From positions 64,001 through 128,000 of the forward strand of contig CAVOVB010000003.1 in assembly GCA_963699755.1 (NCBI GenBank): a stretch of 64,000 bases of DNA, given 5' to 3'. Of this stretch, positions 51,216-60,900 are shown in pieces. The number at the start of each line of letters is the position of its first letter. Position 1 is the first letter of the stretch. Under the pieces are notes generated by a model. It did no database searches, was not told where the DNA came from, and saw only the letters and a list, made by a program, of their open reading frames with translations. The position numbers and the translations under genes are program-made. The DNA comes from an uncultured delta proteobacterium. Its GTDB lineage: Bacteria > Myxococcota_A > Polyangia > Polyangiales > Houyiibacteriaceae.

Positions 51216-51245
51216 CTCTGTTCTCCGCGCTTACCGATTGAGTCC

Positions 51246-52433
51246 TTAGCATTTTCCACATGTGACCTTCGCGCTCGCTGGCGTATCCTCGCATTCCTTC
51301 TCAAGCTGGTTGCACATCATGGCGGTGAGCATCGCCTGGCAGGTCGCGCAAGGCGGCACAGCCTTCTCTCCTCCGAAGGATTCTAGCTCCGCCTCGGAAA
51401 GGCTTCCGTCCTCGAGCACTCTTCGGACCGCGATGTTTTGCACGACACCTGGACTACACTTGCCCTTGGCGAGCCGCTCCGTCATCGCCTTGGGCCTGCA
51501 TCCGTGGTCGATGGTAAGTAACATGGCCTGTTGTGCCGCGCAGGTGCCTGGGAGGTTCCTCGATTCGCCTGGTTTGCCCTTCTTCTTCCAATCGTCATAG
51601 GCCCTCGTCATCTTGTCATACACGCTGCCTATCCCGGTGGCGAGCCTCTCTGTGGCGAATCGGAGTTTCCTGGCGTCTGAACGGGCCTTTGGCATGCCCT
51701 TCCCCTCGTCGTAGTGGTGATAGTCCTTGAGCTTCGCACGAAGAGCTTTCTGCTGCTTGTTCGATTGAGCGAAGTATATGTCGGAACACGTCTTGCACTC
51801 GACAGCGCCCAGCATGCCATACGCTCTTTTCTCAGCCTCGGTCTCGAGTTTCATCTCGGCGACGGCCGACTGCACGGAGCTGCACGCGCTCTTCGTCGCA
51901 CCGCTCTCCTTGAGCTGCGCGTCTTCCTGGTTCTCCACCCGGTCTTTGTGCGCCTTGTCGCAGATCGGACATTTCTCATCGCCCCACAATGCCACGAGAT
52001 CTGGTCCCTGTATGACGCCCTGAAGCGTAGCCGAGTTCGGCGGGTTCCCACTCGGCCCGCAGTTGTTGAGCATTGGGTCGCTGAGGAGTTGGACGTTCTT
52101 GCCCTCGATCTTCACGTCCAGCGCACCCGGCCCTACGAACTTGGTGGGTCCGTGCGTGTTCGACGACACGATGCCGCCGCCTGTTCCCTTCGAAGCGATG
52201 TCGCCTTGGCTCGCAAACGTCGCCCCCTTGATCGCAACCGGCTTCCCCTGGATCTTCACCTTCTTCGAGTACCCCTTCGGACTGAGGCTGCTTCGGCCGA
52301 TGTTCGGCAGTGGCGTGGGGACGAACGGCGCGGGTGGTCCGGGCATCTTGCAGACGTTCGGAACCGTCGCAGCAGCAATACCGTTGCTTCCTTTCGTCAC
52401 GGGCGTTTTGGGGGGGTTGATCGCGACACTCAT
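51246..52433 (-). CDS. DUF4150 (PAAR-like) effector with C-terminal toxin domain
   Basis: PNVCKMPGPPAPFVPTPLPN, S.GD..GTGGG, VKIEGKNV; C-terminal PGTCAAQ...PPCATC. Confidence 0.85.
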   Translation of the reverse strand: MSVAINPPKTPVTKGSNGIAAATVPNVCKMPGPPAPFVPTPLPNIGRSSLSPKGYSKKVKIQGKPVAIKGATFASQGDIASKGTGGGIVSSNTHGPTKFVGPGALDVKIEGKNVQLLSDPMLNNCGPSGNPPNSATLQGVIQGPDLVALWGDEKCPICDKAHKDRVENQEDAQLKESGATKSACSSVQSAVAEMKLETEAEKRAYGMLGAVECKTCSDIYFAQSNKQQKALRAKLKDYHHYDEGKGMPKARSDARKLRFATERLATGIGSVYDKMTRAYDDWKKKGKPGESRNLPGTCAAQQAMLLTIDHGCRPKAMTERLAKGKCSPGVVQNIAVRRVLEDGSLSEAELESFGGEKAVPPCATCQAMLTAMMCNQLEKECEDTPASAKVTCGKC

Positions 52434-52446
52434 CTTAAATCACCTT

Positions 52447-53493
52447 TCAACTCACGTTCGCGTCCTGCAAAACCATGGCGCCCCGAAGACCGCTTTCCGA
52501 GCCCGCCATGATGAGGGCGCGCGGACCTGGGGCATAGCCGCGCACAAACGACTGCGCAGCCAACACTGACGCGAGACATGGGAACGCCGCACCGACGTCG
52601 CCCCAGAGGTCGCTTGGCGCTTCGTAGGTGAGGTCCTTCATCGCCGCGTAGGCTCGCATCGCCATGAACCCGAACTCCTCGCTTCGATAGCGCTCACCGT
52701 TGATGTCCGAATATACCGTGTCCGCGCCCTCCTGCGGAAGGCGGAGCCCACTTGCAGCGCGGAGGACGGCTTCCGCCATGCCGACACCAAAAGAGCCGGT
52801 GTCGCTGTCGCGGAGAAGCGTCTCTTGCGCGGTCCCCGCGCCCGAAACGGAGGCCAGGCAGGGAAGGCCGAGGATGTTTCGCAACCTCGCGCTCGTGAGG
52901 GCGAGGCATCCGACGCCTTCGCCGGGAAAGAAGCCGGCGCGTACTCCGGGCTGTGCGAATTGAAGCCTGCTCTCGAGCCACATGAACGTGTCGGTATGGT
53001 TGTAGCTATCGGCGCCGATGACTAGGAAGAGGGTGTCGGGCCTGCGCACGGATTCCTGCACGACTCGCTCGATCGCGGCGATCGCCCCGGCGTGCCCTCG
53101 GCCCGCGACGTCGACCGTGGCCTGGATGCCCACGGTTCCTAGGTGTTTCCGGATGCCGTCTGCAAGCCAGGCAGCGTCGCCGTCCGAAAACCCAGGCCGC
53201 GCCTCCGGCAGGGCAACAAAGACTTGGTATCCGCCGCGGGGAGTCTTGTCCCCCAGCTTCGCGAGAACTTCGTCGATCACGCTCTTGACCATCGGCAACA
53301 GCCGTTCCCGCCCCTCGAGTGCGAATCGAAGCTTCGGATCGGCCGCGAGCACCAGCAGCTCGCCCGTCACAGACACGAAAGGGTATTCGCGAAGGCGGGA
53401 GACTCCCGCGCGCACAGCAGCGGCGCTATGCTCGGCCGTGAGCCCGAGCGGCGTCCGTGCCCCCGTGGCGACGACGTCCGCCAACGCAGTCAC
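52447..53493 (-). CDS. Beta-ketoacyl synthase-like T6SS accessory protein (PRK06147-like)
   Basis: AAAVRAG, FFPGEG, SDINGERYR.EE, WGDVGAA; sits between DUF2169 and PAAR. Confidence 0.8.
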   Translation of the reverse strand: MTALADVVATGARTPLGLTAEHSAAAVRAGVSRLREYPFVSVTGELLVLAADPKLRFALEGRERLLPMVKSVIDEVLAKLGDKTPRGGYQVFVALPEARPGFSDGDAAWLADGIRKHLGTVGIQATVDVAGRGHAGAIAAIERVVQESVRRPDTLFLVIGADSYNHTDTFMWLESRLQFAQPGVRAGFFPGEGVGCLALTSARLRNILGLPCLASVSGAGTAQETLLRDSDTGSFGVGMAEAVLRAASGLRLPQEGADTVYSDINGERYRSEEFGFMAMRAYAAMKDLTYEAPSDLWGDVGAAFPCLASVLAAQSFVRGYAPGPRALIMAGSESGLRGAMVLQDANVS

Positions 53494-53521
53494 ACCCGCC
53501 TCCGGTGGTCAGGTCCCATGC

Positions 53522-54526
53522 TCACGCCGCCACCTCCTCGATTCTGGTGATATCGAGATAGTCGGCCTCCGGCGCTTTCACCGGCAGCGAGGCCTGCCAA
53601 GTCATCATCAGTTGCTTCTCTTCCGCGTCGATGGTCGCGCTCACCAACTTCCCTTGATGCGACTCGCGCCGTGTCGTGAAGTAGGTCGTGAACCTGAAGT
53701 CCAAGGTCGGGAGCGCGAAGCTCAGCAGGCCCTCGGGTGTCATGTTGAGCAACGCGACTTTTTCGCCTCCGCGCAGGTGCTGCGGCAGGCGCTGATCGGC
53801 CGGTGCGCACAAGACGAACCGCTCGTCGTAGTCGGCGGGCAAGAGCGGCTTCCGCGTATCGACCCACTTCGCATCGTAGGTTCCCGCGAGCTCGAGGCGC
53901 GGCGACCAGTAGCTTGCAATGGCGCCGAAGCCAGCGGGCCCGGTCTTCGCTGGGTTGCCGTTCGGATATTCGACGCAATGCGCCGGGGTGTTGAGCAGCC
54001 GCCCGCTGCGTTTCGCGACACCTTTGCCGACGGGGTTTCTCATGTCGATCAGCTGGTTCCGAAGATCCGGGTCCTCCGTGTCGGTACCCCCGTAGGCCCA
54101 TTCGTAGGTGATCGGCTTGCTGGTAAACGGGACGGCCTTGCTCGTGCCAAGGCCGCTGATTCCGCTTGTGTAGACACGCGTGCCGTGGACCACCAGGGAC
54201 TTGGTCAGAGTGCCGATGCGCAGTGCTACGTCTACGCGATGTGCAGGCTTGCCTTTGGGTGCGTGAGCGTGTGCGTTGACGATGACGTCGGTTCCGGGCT
54301 TTTTCGCCACGAGGTCCGCCTCGTAGCGCACGCTGGAGAGACCCGGCTCGCCCCAGTACTCCGGCGCGTGTAGCGGTTCGGGTTGCTCGTCAGCGAGGGT
54401 GAGCTTGCCGTCATTCGCGATGTCGAAGGTGGCCTTGACCACGACGATCCAGTGGTGGGCGCCGTCCCTGTCGCGTACCCAGGTCCGCCCGGCGGAATAC
54501 GGGGTGTTGTTCTCTACTGCCCACAT
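53522..54526 (-). CDS. DUF2169 T6SS adaptor
   Basis: VVVKATF, KPGTDV, YEWAYGG, NPVGKG, GFG....WSPR...GTYD. Confidence 0.9.
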   Translation of the reverse strand: MWAVENNTPYSAGRTWVRDRDGAHHWIVVVKATFDIANDGKLTLADEQPEPLHAPEYWGEPGLSSVRYEADLVAKKPGTDVIVNAHAHAPKGKPAHRVDVALRIGTLTKSLVVHGTRVYTSGISGLGTSKAVPFTSKPITYEWAYGGTDTEDPDLRNQLIDMRNPVGKGVAKRSGRLLNTPAHCVEYPNGNPAKTGPAGFGAIASYWSPRLELAGTYDAKWVDTRKPLLPADYDERFVLCAPADQRLPQHLRGGEKVALLNMTPEGLLSFALPTLDFRFTTYFTTRRESHQGKLVSATIDAEEKQLMMTWQASLPVKAPEADYLDITRIEEVAA

Positions 54527-54536
54527 AACGACGCCC

Positions 54537-55901
54537 CTACCATTGGCTGAACTTTCTAATGAAGCTTCCCGAGCTCAGCGATGCAACCCCGGCGATCTGT
54601 TCTCGTTGCCGCGCCGTAAACGCTCGGGTGTCGACGTAGGCCGCCCCGCCCGTTCGAATCGCAAGGCTCAGCGCGACCATGTGTCGATCACGAAGCGCGC
54701 CGCAGTCGAGATACTCGGCCACCGCGGCCCCCGACCAGGGTTGCCCGGCCAGATGCCGCTTGGTCTCATCGAGGCGGGGGCGCTCGCTTTTCCACCATTG
54801 CCGAATCGCCTCGGCGTTCGGCGTCGGCAAGGCATCCTCCGGCTTCAACGTCAAGTCGTCTTCGAGGTCTTCATCGAGTGGTGGCAGCTCTTCCTCTTCA
54901 GTTTCCTCCTCGCTTTCCTCTTCGACGATGAAGGCGTCGTCTCTCAGGTCGAGCCCAGCGATCAGCGACACCGCTTCCGCCGCGAGCTTCGCTTCGACCT
55001 CGTCCACGCCCTCCTGAAGATACGGCAGCAGCCGATCGACTAGGCCCGGGTTTCCCGAGAACCCAAGTGCGCGCAAGGCAGGGGCCCGGTGCGAATCGAG
55101 GGGCAGGGCTTCGACGAGTCGATCGTGTTGTGGAGGGCCGCCAAGCGCCGCGTACAGCTCCATCGCCGTCGGGTTGGGCGCCGAAGGGTCGAGCGCGAGG
55201 CGCTCGCAGAGATTCCACGCCTCGGCCGAGCCGTAGTGCAGGGCGGTGACCAATGCGACGTCGCGCACCTCGGGCTCGGCTTGCAGGAGCAACCATTGAA
55301 TCCCCCCCAGGTGGGTTGCTCGGTCGGAACGCCGGGCCGCCCGAGCAGCGGCACAGGCCTCCATAGGGTCTTCGCTATTCAACGATGCGACCAGCGAGTC
55401 GACCTGGAGCCCGCGTACGGCGATGGCCTCGAGAATCGCTACTCGCTCCGCGCTCGTGCTGGCGGCAGCGAGCAGATCCATGAGCCAGGCGTCGACCTTC
55501 GGCGCGCTCGAAAGCCCGCAGGCACGGCTGGCCGCGTCGCGAACCGCGACCGAAGGATGGGAAAAGTAGGGCACGACCAGGTCTCGCCGCTCCGAGGCGA
55601 GCAGCGCCAAGACCACGGCAATCGTACGTGCAGGCTCCTCCGAATCCGCGCGGTCGAGCTCGGCAGCAAGCATCTGAGCAATCACGGTAGGTCCGCCCAC
55701 CACCAAACCATCCACGCAAGCAAGAAGCTTCTGCTCAGGGCCGCTGGCGAGCTCTTCGAGATTGTACTCCGGGTCTTCGAGCGCCGACTCGAACGCCTCG
55801 GCGGCAAACTCCGCTTCGTCGACGTACTCCTCCATGACGTCCCAGAGGATGCGTTCGGCCTCCGGATGGAGCTCTTCGACGATGCCTCCCGTGGCTTCCA
55901 T
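54537..55901 (-). CDS. TIGR02270-like HEAT-repeat protein
   Basis: WDVMEEYVDEAEF, LLACVDGL, LP.PN.EAI..WW, TRAF. Confidence 0.75.
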   Translation of the reverse strand: MEATGGIVEELHPEAERILWDVMEEYVDEAEFAAEAFESALEDPEYNLEELASGPEQKLLACVDGLVVGGPTVIAQMLAAELDRADSEEPARTIAVVLALLASERRDLVVPYFSHPSVAVRDAASRACGLSSAPKVDAWLMDLLAAASTSAERVAILEAIAVRGLQVDSLVASLNSEDPMEACAAARAARRSDRATHLGGIQWLLLQAEPEVRDVALVTALHYGSAEAWNLCERLALDPSAPNPTAMELYAALGGPPQHDRLVEALPLDSHRAPALRALGFSGNPGLVDRLLPYLQEGVDEVEAKLAAEAVSLIAGLDLRDDAFIVEEESEEETEEEELPPLDEDLEDDLTLKPEDALPTPNAEAIRQWWKSERPRLDETKRHLAGQPWSGAAVAEYLDCGALRDRHMVALSLAIRTGGAAYVDTRAFTARQREQIAGVASLSSGSFIRKFSQW

Positions 55902-56410
55902 TAGTTGATCCGAACCACGCCGCCCTTGATGCGATTGACCCCCTTGGAGCGTGTTTCCACGTGGGTACCCCTCACCACGATGCGGCCGTTGCGCCGCAAA
56001 GTGATGCTGGCTTCGCCGCAGCGAAGGACGATTTCATCTTTGGCGTCAAAGACGACGCTTCGCCCATCGACCACGGCCTCGAGCTTACCTTCAGATCGCT
56101 CCTGTTCGACTTCCAAAGCGCCGTGGCGTTCTTGAAGCAGACCTACGATGATCGGCCGGTCGGAGCGCTCGGCTTCGAAGACGAGCAGTACTTCCTGACC
56201 CCGGTCGACCGCGGCCGCGGTGGCGCTGGCGTCGAGCGCCACGGTCGTCCGCGCGGCGATTGGCCCGTGCGGGTTCGACGCGTGATCGACGATCGGACCT
56301 TCGCGCTCGCTCCAGCCCACCAGCCTTCCAACCCGGTTTCCGGTCAGCTTCACCGGGCGCGAGAAATCAATCTCGAGCAGTTCAAGACCCTTTTTTACCG
56401 CCTTAGTCAT
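55901..56410 (-). CDS. DUF6484-like protein
   Basis: VLLVFE...RPIIVGLL, IVLRCGEASITL. Confidence 0.75.
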   Translation of the reverse strand: MTKAVKKGLELLEIDFSRPVKLTGNRVGRLVGWSEREGPIVDHASNPHGPIAARTTVALDASATAAAVDRGQEVLLVFEAERSDRPIIVGLLQERHGALEVEQERSEGKLEAVVDGRSVVFDAKDEIVLRCGEASITLRRNGRIVVRGTHVETRSKGVNRIKGGVVRIN

Positions 56411-56438
56411 CGTTTCCTCGTCTCACGTTGTCGCTCGT

Positions 56439-56642
56439 TTACACGAAGTGGATCACCACGTCCCAGACCTTGGGCCCCAACCAGAAACCCGCGATCGTCA
56501 TTCCGCCCGCGAGCGCCCAGATCACGGAGTCGCTCAGACCCCAGGCGTTGAACCAGTGCGCCGCAAAGTAGGTCCCCACGCCGCCGATCAGGGCGCCCAG
56601 GATGCGGACGATTGGACTCGTATTCTTGTCCTCTGAGCTCAT
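56439..56642 (-). CDS. Small two-TM membrane protein
   Basis: 67 aa, two hydrophobic segments, tightly packed in the operon. Confidence 0.6.
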   Translation of the reverse strand: MSSEDKNTSPIVRILGALIGGVGTYFAAHWFNAWGLSDSVIWALAGGMTIAGFWLGPKVWDVVIHFV

Positions 56643-56654
56643 TTTATCTCGCCG

Positions 56655-58874
56655 TCAGTTGTTGCCGATCTTGCTGCCCTTGATCACCACGTCACCCGAG
56701 CCCTTGATGTTGATCTTTTTGCCCTTGATCGTGATATCGCCGTTCTTTTTCATCGTGATCTGAGCCTCACCGACCTTGATCATCAGCTCCTCTTTCACCT
56801 CGAACACGGCCTTCTTCTCGACGTTCATCGCCAGCTCTTCTCCGGCCTTGATGTTCATGTCTTTCCCAGAGCTGATGTCCATGTTCTCGTCTGCGATCGA
56901 TTCGATGTTCTTTTGAGCCTTGATCGTGATGTTCTTGGCTGACTGCAGCTTGGCGCTGAGCCCCGCCGTCGCGCTCCAGGCCCCGACGGCCACGCAGCTT
57001 CTCGAAGCGCCGACCTTCTCGCTCATCAGGCCACCGACGGTAATGGCGTTCATTCCGCCGACAATCTGATCGAATTTTTGGCCGACGTTGAGCTTCTTGT
57101 TCTGGCCGACCGTTACGCTCATGTCGCTGCCGATGGTTTGGTCAAAGTTGACGGCAACCGTAGTTTCCTTGTTGTTGCTGACTGTCTCGCTCTTGTCGTG
57201 TCCGACCTCGATCTTCTGATCGTTACCGACGCTTCGGGTTTCGTCGTTACCGACGGTCAAGACCTTGTCGTTGCCGATTTCCGATCCCTGATCGTTCTTC
57301 ACTGTCTCCCGGAGGTTCTTCTGCGCCTGCAAGAACACCTCTTCTTGTCCTGCCTTGTCTTCAAACGTCAGCTCGTTGTATCCGCCGCCGCCCGGACTGC
57401 TCTGCGTGCGGATGGTGCTCTTCGTCATCGCGCCCGGCATCTCGTACGAAGTAAGGTTCTCCCCGTTGTACACGGTGCCGGTGACGATGGGTCGGTCGGG
57501 GTCGCCCTGCACGAAGGCGACGGTGACCTCCATCCCGATACGCGGAATGAACACGAAGCCCCAGCCGGCACCGGCCCAGGGCTGGACGACGCGCATGAAG
57601 CACGAGCTATGGTCGTCCTTGTTCCCCTGGCGATCCCAGTGAAACTGGGCTTTGATCCGCCCGTGCTTGTCGGTGTGAATCTCCTGGCCGCTCGGTCCCA
57701 CCACCGTGGCGGTTTCGATGCCGGTCACGTGGGGACGAGGGGTCCGGCGTTCAGGTCGAAAAGGCGTCTCGGCTGGGATGCACAAGAAGCTGTTGCTGTA
57801 GGCGTCGGCGCCCTCGCCGGGCGAAAGGGAGTGACTCACCCGAGTAATGAGGTAATCGCCCTCCAGGTCGTGGTCGACTAGGCCAAATAATCCGCCCGCG
57901 GTGAACCCGATGGCTGTGCCGCCTCCATGCATGACGAGATTGTCGCGCGCAGATGCCTCGCGCCGAATCTGGCATTGCTCCGGCGCGTCGTTGGACTGAT
58001 AACCGTCGTTGTCCGAGTAGTCGCAGAGAGTCGGAGGCGTGAGGTCGTGTTGGTAGATCTCGCGGCAAGGCCCAATCGCTGCGCCGTCCACGACATCTCC
58101 TCCGGTCTCGCCTTCCTTCTCTGCCTCGATCGGTTGAGATGGAAGGGTCCAGTTGAAGTGGCGCATCGCCACCTTGGTGGGACGAACCGAGAACTGTCGA
58201 ACGAAACGATGCACACCCTCGCGAGCGCCCCTTTGCGACGAGAACCGCACGTCCTTGCCATCAACGGACTGGATCTCGACGCTGCTCTTGGGGTCATCGG
58301 TCAGAAACATCGTCTCTGCAGAGCCTTCGCGGTCGAAACGATAGATGATGCCTTCCTCTTCCATCAGTCGCTCGCAGAAGGTGAAGTCGCTTTCGTCGTA
58401 CTGGACCCTGTACTCGCACTTCGGGTAGCTGCGCCCAAGGTCAGTATCGTGGCTGCGCTCGTACGCAGACAGTCCGGCCGACAGCACCTCGTCGAGGATC
58501 TCGGGCACCGTCATATCTTGAAAGATTCGGGTCTGCCGGTTCTGCGAGAGCATCCAAAAGGCCGCCGCCGCTTCGATCGAGATGCTCATGAACCGGTTGG
58601 TCGCCGCGACATCCTCGATCCAGTGCACAATTCCGGGGTACGGGCTGCTCAGGTCGCCGCGTTCAATGGTCACGGTGCACGGTTCACCAAGCATTTCAGT
58701 TGGGTCCGCGTCGACATCGTCGGTCTGCAGAGACAACGAGAGACGGTAGGGATCGTTGAGCGTTTCGATGATGGTCGCGTCGACCACCTTCCACTCGGCG
58801 CTCGACGCATCGCATTCGAATTTACAGAGTATGTCTCCGGTATCCTGTGCAGATTCTTCGGCGGGGCTCATCAT
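56655..58874 (-). CDS. vgrG: Type VI secretion spike protein VgrG
   Basis: VQYDESDFTF.ERLMEEEGI, EIHTDKHGRIK.QFHWDR, IPRIGMEV, GDPDRP, gp5-like C-terminal repeats. Confidence 0.97.
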   Translation of the reverse strand: MMSPAEESAQDTGDILCKFECDASSAEWKVVDATIIETLNDPYRLSLSLQTDDVDADPTEMLGEPCTVTIERGDLSSPYPGIVHWIEDVAATNRFMSISIEAAAAFWMLSQNRQTRIFQDMTVPEILDEVLSAGLSAYERSHDTDLGRSYPKCEYRVQYDESDFTFCERLMEEEGIIYRFDREGSAETMFLTDDPKSSVEIQSVDGKDVRFSSQRGAREGVHRFVRQFSVRPTKVAMRHFNWTLPSQPIEAEKEGETGGDVVDGAAIGPCREIYQHDLTPPTLCDYSDNDGYQSNDAPEQCQIRREASARDNLVMHGGGTAIGFTAGGLFGLVDHDLEGDYLITRVSHSLSPGEGADAYSNSFLCIPAETPFRPERRTPRPHVTGIETATVVGPSGQEIHTDKHGRIKAQFHWDRQGNKDDHSSCFMRVVQPWAGAGWGFVFIPRIGMEVTVAFVQGDPDRPIVTGTVYNGENLTSYEMPGAMTKSTIRTQSSPGGGGYNELTFEDKAGQEEVFLQAQKNLRETVKNDQGSEIGNDKVLTVGNDETRSVGNDQKIEVGHDKSETVSNNKETTVAVNFDQTIGSDMSVTVGQNKKLNVGQKFDQIVGGMNAITVGGLMSEKVGASRSCVAVGAWSATAGLSAKLQSAKNITIKAQKNIESIADENMDISSGKDMNIKAGEELAMNVEKKAVFEVKEELMIKVGEAQITMKKNGDITIKGKKINIKGSGDVVIKGSKIGNN

Positions 58875-58961
58875 GCTCTCCTATTCTGCGCGACTATAGA
58901 CTCAACACGACGTCAGCTGGCAGGGCTAGTTCGATGCGACCCTGCGTTGCGCGGGCTTTGA

Positions 58962-58997
58962 GCGGAGGCGCCGGAGCCAGTGACTCGGCGCCTCCGC
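58962..58997 (-). terminator. Hairpin between hcp and vgrG
   Basis: GCGGAGGCGCCG-N12-CGGCGCCTCCGC perfect 12-bp stem; no U-tract. Confidence 0.55.
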
Positions 58998-59035
58998 CAG
59001 GGCTCCCACGGGGGTCGTCGCCCTTGATGCCTGCC

Positions 59036-59527
59036 CTATCCCTGGTCGCGCCAGTTGTCCTGGTGCGAAGCGCCCGTGGATTCATAGGTTTGGATCATGT
59101 TGTTGTAGACGAAGCTGATCGTCTCCGTCGGCGGCTCTGCCTGGCCTGCGCCGCCCATCGCGTCGGGAGAGCTGAAATCTATCCCAGAGACCCGGGCTTC
59201 GCTGATCTCGACCGTGTAGAATTCCTCTGTAGTGCCGTCGCCCGCCGGCGATGGTCGGAAGAACTTGAAGGTGCCTTCGATTTGCTCGTTATTGCAAAGC
59301 GCCTTCCACAGAAGGGGTGTCGCTTTGTCGACGCGCTTGACGATTCGAATCGGCTCGTAGTTGCGCTTACCCGAGGGCCTTCCCGAGAACGCTTCCGACG
59401 CGGACTGAACACCGCAGTCGAAGCTGAAGCATTCGATCGTGTCCTCGCGACCGAGCGTTGTGACCGAGCTTTCGCCTTGAATATCCTCGCCGTTGGCCTT
59501 GAGGGTGAGATGAACTGTCATTGCCAT
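59036..59527 (-). CDS. hcp: Type VI secretion tube protein Hcp
   Basis: IQGES, GREDTIE, KRVDKATPLL, ETISFVY; GGAGG RBS. Confidence 0.95.
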   Translation of the reverse strand: MAMTVHLTLKANGEDIQGESSVTTLGREDTIECFSFDCGVQSASEAFSGRPSGKRNYEPIRIVKRVDKATPLLWKALCNNEQIEGTFKFFRPSPAGDGTTEEFYTVEISEARVSGIDFSSPDAMGGAGQAEPPTETISFVYNNMIQTYESTGASHQDNWRDQG

Positions 59528-59598
59528 GAGAACTTCCTCCGTTTGTTTGCTTTGTGGCGCCCCGGGTGCCTAAGGCGGCCGGGCTGACTACTTAGCGA

Positions 59599-59615
59599 TG
59601 CACGGCTCGTGCCAA
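59599..59615 (-). promoter_or_regulatory. Putative sigma54 promoter of hcp
   Basis: Minus strand TTGGCACGAGCCGTGCA, GG-N10-GC. Confidence 0.7.
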
Positions 59616-59735
59616 CGGAAAAGCGCAACGATCTCATGCACGGCGCTGCTGGGCCCACTTTGCCTGACGTCGTTCGTCGTCAGGCCCAAGTCTCGAATGC
59701 GGGCGGTTGTCACGCCAGGTCGGAGCTACTACCGA

Positions 59736-60836
59736 CTATTGGCAACAGACCGTAGTGGCCCCTAGTCCCGTGACTCCGCCGCTCAGTTCAACTGCCGTAG
59801 GCGAACAGCTGCCGTCGTCCAGCTTCTCAATGCTCTCCGCCAACCACGAATCTAGGTCTGTCTTGTCTGTCAGACAGTATTCGCCCGACGATAGGCGCGT
59901 TGGGTTTGTATGCTCCCAGGTGAGAAGGCAACCCGGATTCTTGAACTTCCGGATTGTTAGCTCACAGCGACCCCCGGAAGGCTGGCAGACACATGACTCT
60001 GCGCATTCTCGTGTGTCGGAAAAGCCCACGTAATAGATCGTCTTGTTCGGGAAGCCGGTTGGACAGGTTTGATCTCCAGCTTGTCGGTAGCAGAGCCCAT
60101 CGAGCAGCCCGGGCTCCGGTATAGGCACACAGGTCTGCCCCGGATCGCATGCACCAGTCCCGCGTGTGAAGCCGTAGCAGAGGGAGATGCTCTCGGACCA
60201 TGTCGGCACGGGGATGCTCGACGTAACCGTGCCTTCGCCGCACGACGTGGCTGGTCCCCCAAATCGTACGACGCTACCGAAGCCGAGTGGTTTCGAGGTG
60301 CCGTAACACTCGTCGAGATCGCCTCTGCCCCCTGCTATGTCCGGGCCAGAGCAATCGAAGTTGCTCCGGTCACTCCTAATGATGCTCGTAGGGCAAACCG
60401 TGGTCGCCGAGCCGCAGCCGCAACCGCAGGACGGGCTGCCGGCTTGAATCCCGGCGAACAGCGACGCAGCCTCGTCCGGGAATGCTCCTTCGCAGCCTGT
60501 TGCGCGGTCGGCCAGCGCAAAGGGGCCCTCCCAGCCCGACCCAGGGTTTCCTACGCAAGCGTTCGCACCGCCGCAGCGTTCGGCGATTGTCCCGCCGACA
60601 CCACCAGTGCCTCCAGCAGCAGCTTCGCCACCGGCACCGCCAGTCCCTGGAGCGCCGGCTTCACCACCGGCACCGCCGGTCCCTGCAGCGCCGGCTTTAC
60701 CACCGGCACCGCCAATGCCTCCAGCACCGCCTGCGCCTCCGAACCCAGGCTCCGCCGTCATCGACACATCGGCGCAACCCGCAAGCTGGGAACTGGGAAG
60801 AGTCAGGCAAACGCAAAAGATCCATGTCTTGTTCAT
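59736..60836 (-). CDS. Gly-linker Cys-rich lipoprotein
   Basis: MNKTWIF...LAGC; Gly repeats; GWEGP, CLYR-like CYRQAGD, ends TTVCCQ. Confidence 0.75.
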   Translation of the reverse strand: MNKTWIFCVCLTLPSSQLAGCADVSMTAEPGFGGAGGAGGIGGAGGKAGAAGTGGAGGEAGAPGTGGAGGEAAAGGTGGVGGTIAERCGGANACVGNPGSGWEGPFALADRATGCEGAFPDEAASLFAGIQAGSPSCGCGCGSATTVCPTSIIRSDRSNFDCSGPDIAGGRGDLDECYGTSKPLGFGSVVRFGGPATSCGEGTVTSSIPVPTWSESISLCYGFTRGTGACDPGQTCVPIPEPGLLDGLCYRQAGDQTCPTGFPNKTIYYVGFSDTRECAESCVCQPSGGRCELTIRKFKNPGCLLTWEHTNPTRLSSGEYCLTDKTDLDSWLAESIEKLDDGSCSPTAVELSGGVTGLGATTVCCQ

Positions 60837-60900
60837 CGCAACCTCGGGACCCTCGTACAACGGGGGTTTCGACTCGGTTCGTCAAGGGCATTAGCCCAGC

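Noticed and set aside
52447..53493. Ketosynthase as a sign of a PKS or fatty-acid cluster
   Set aside because: No ACP or other synthase genes, no evident catalytic Cys motif, and the position matches the T6SS DUF2169-associated family.
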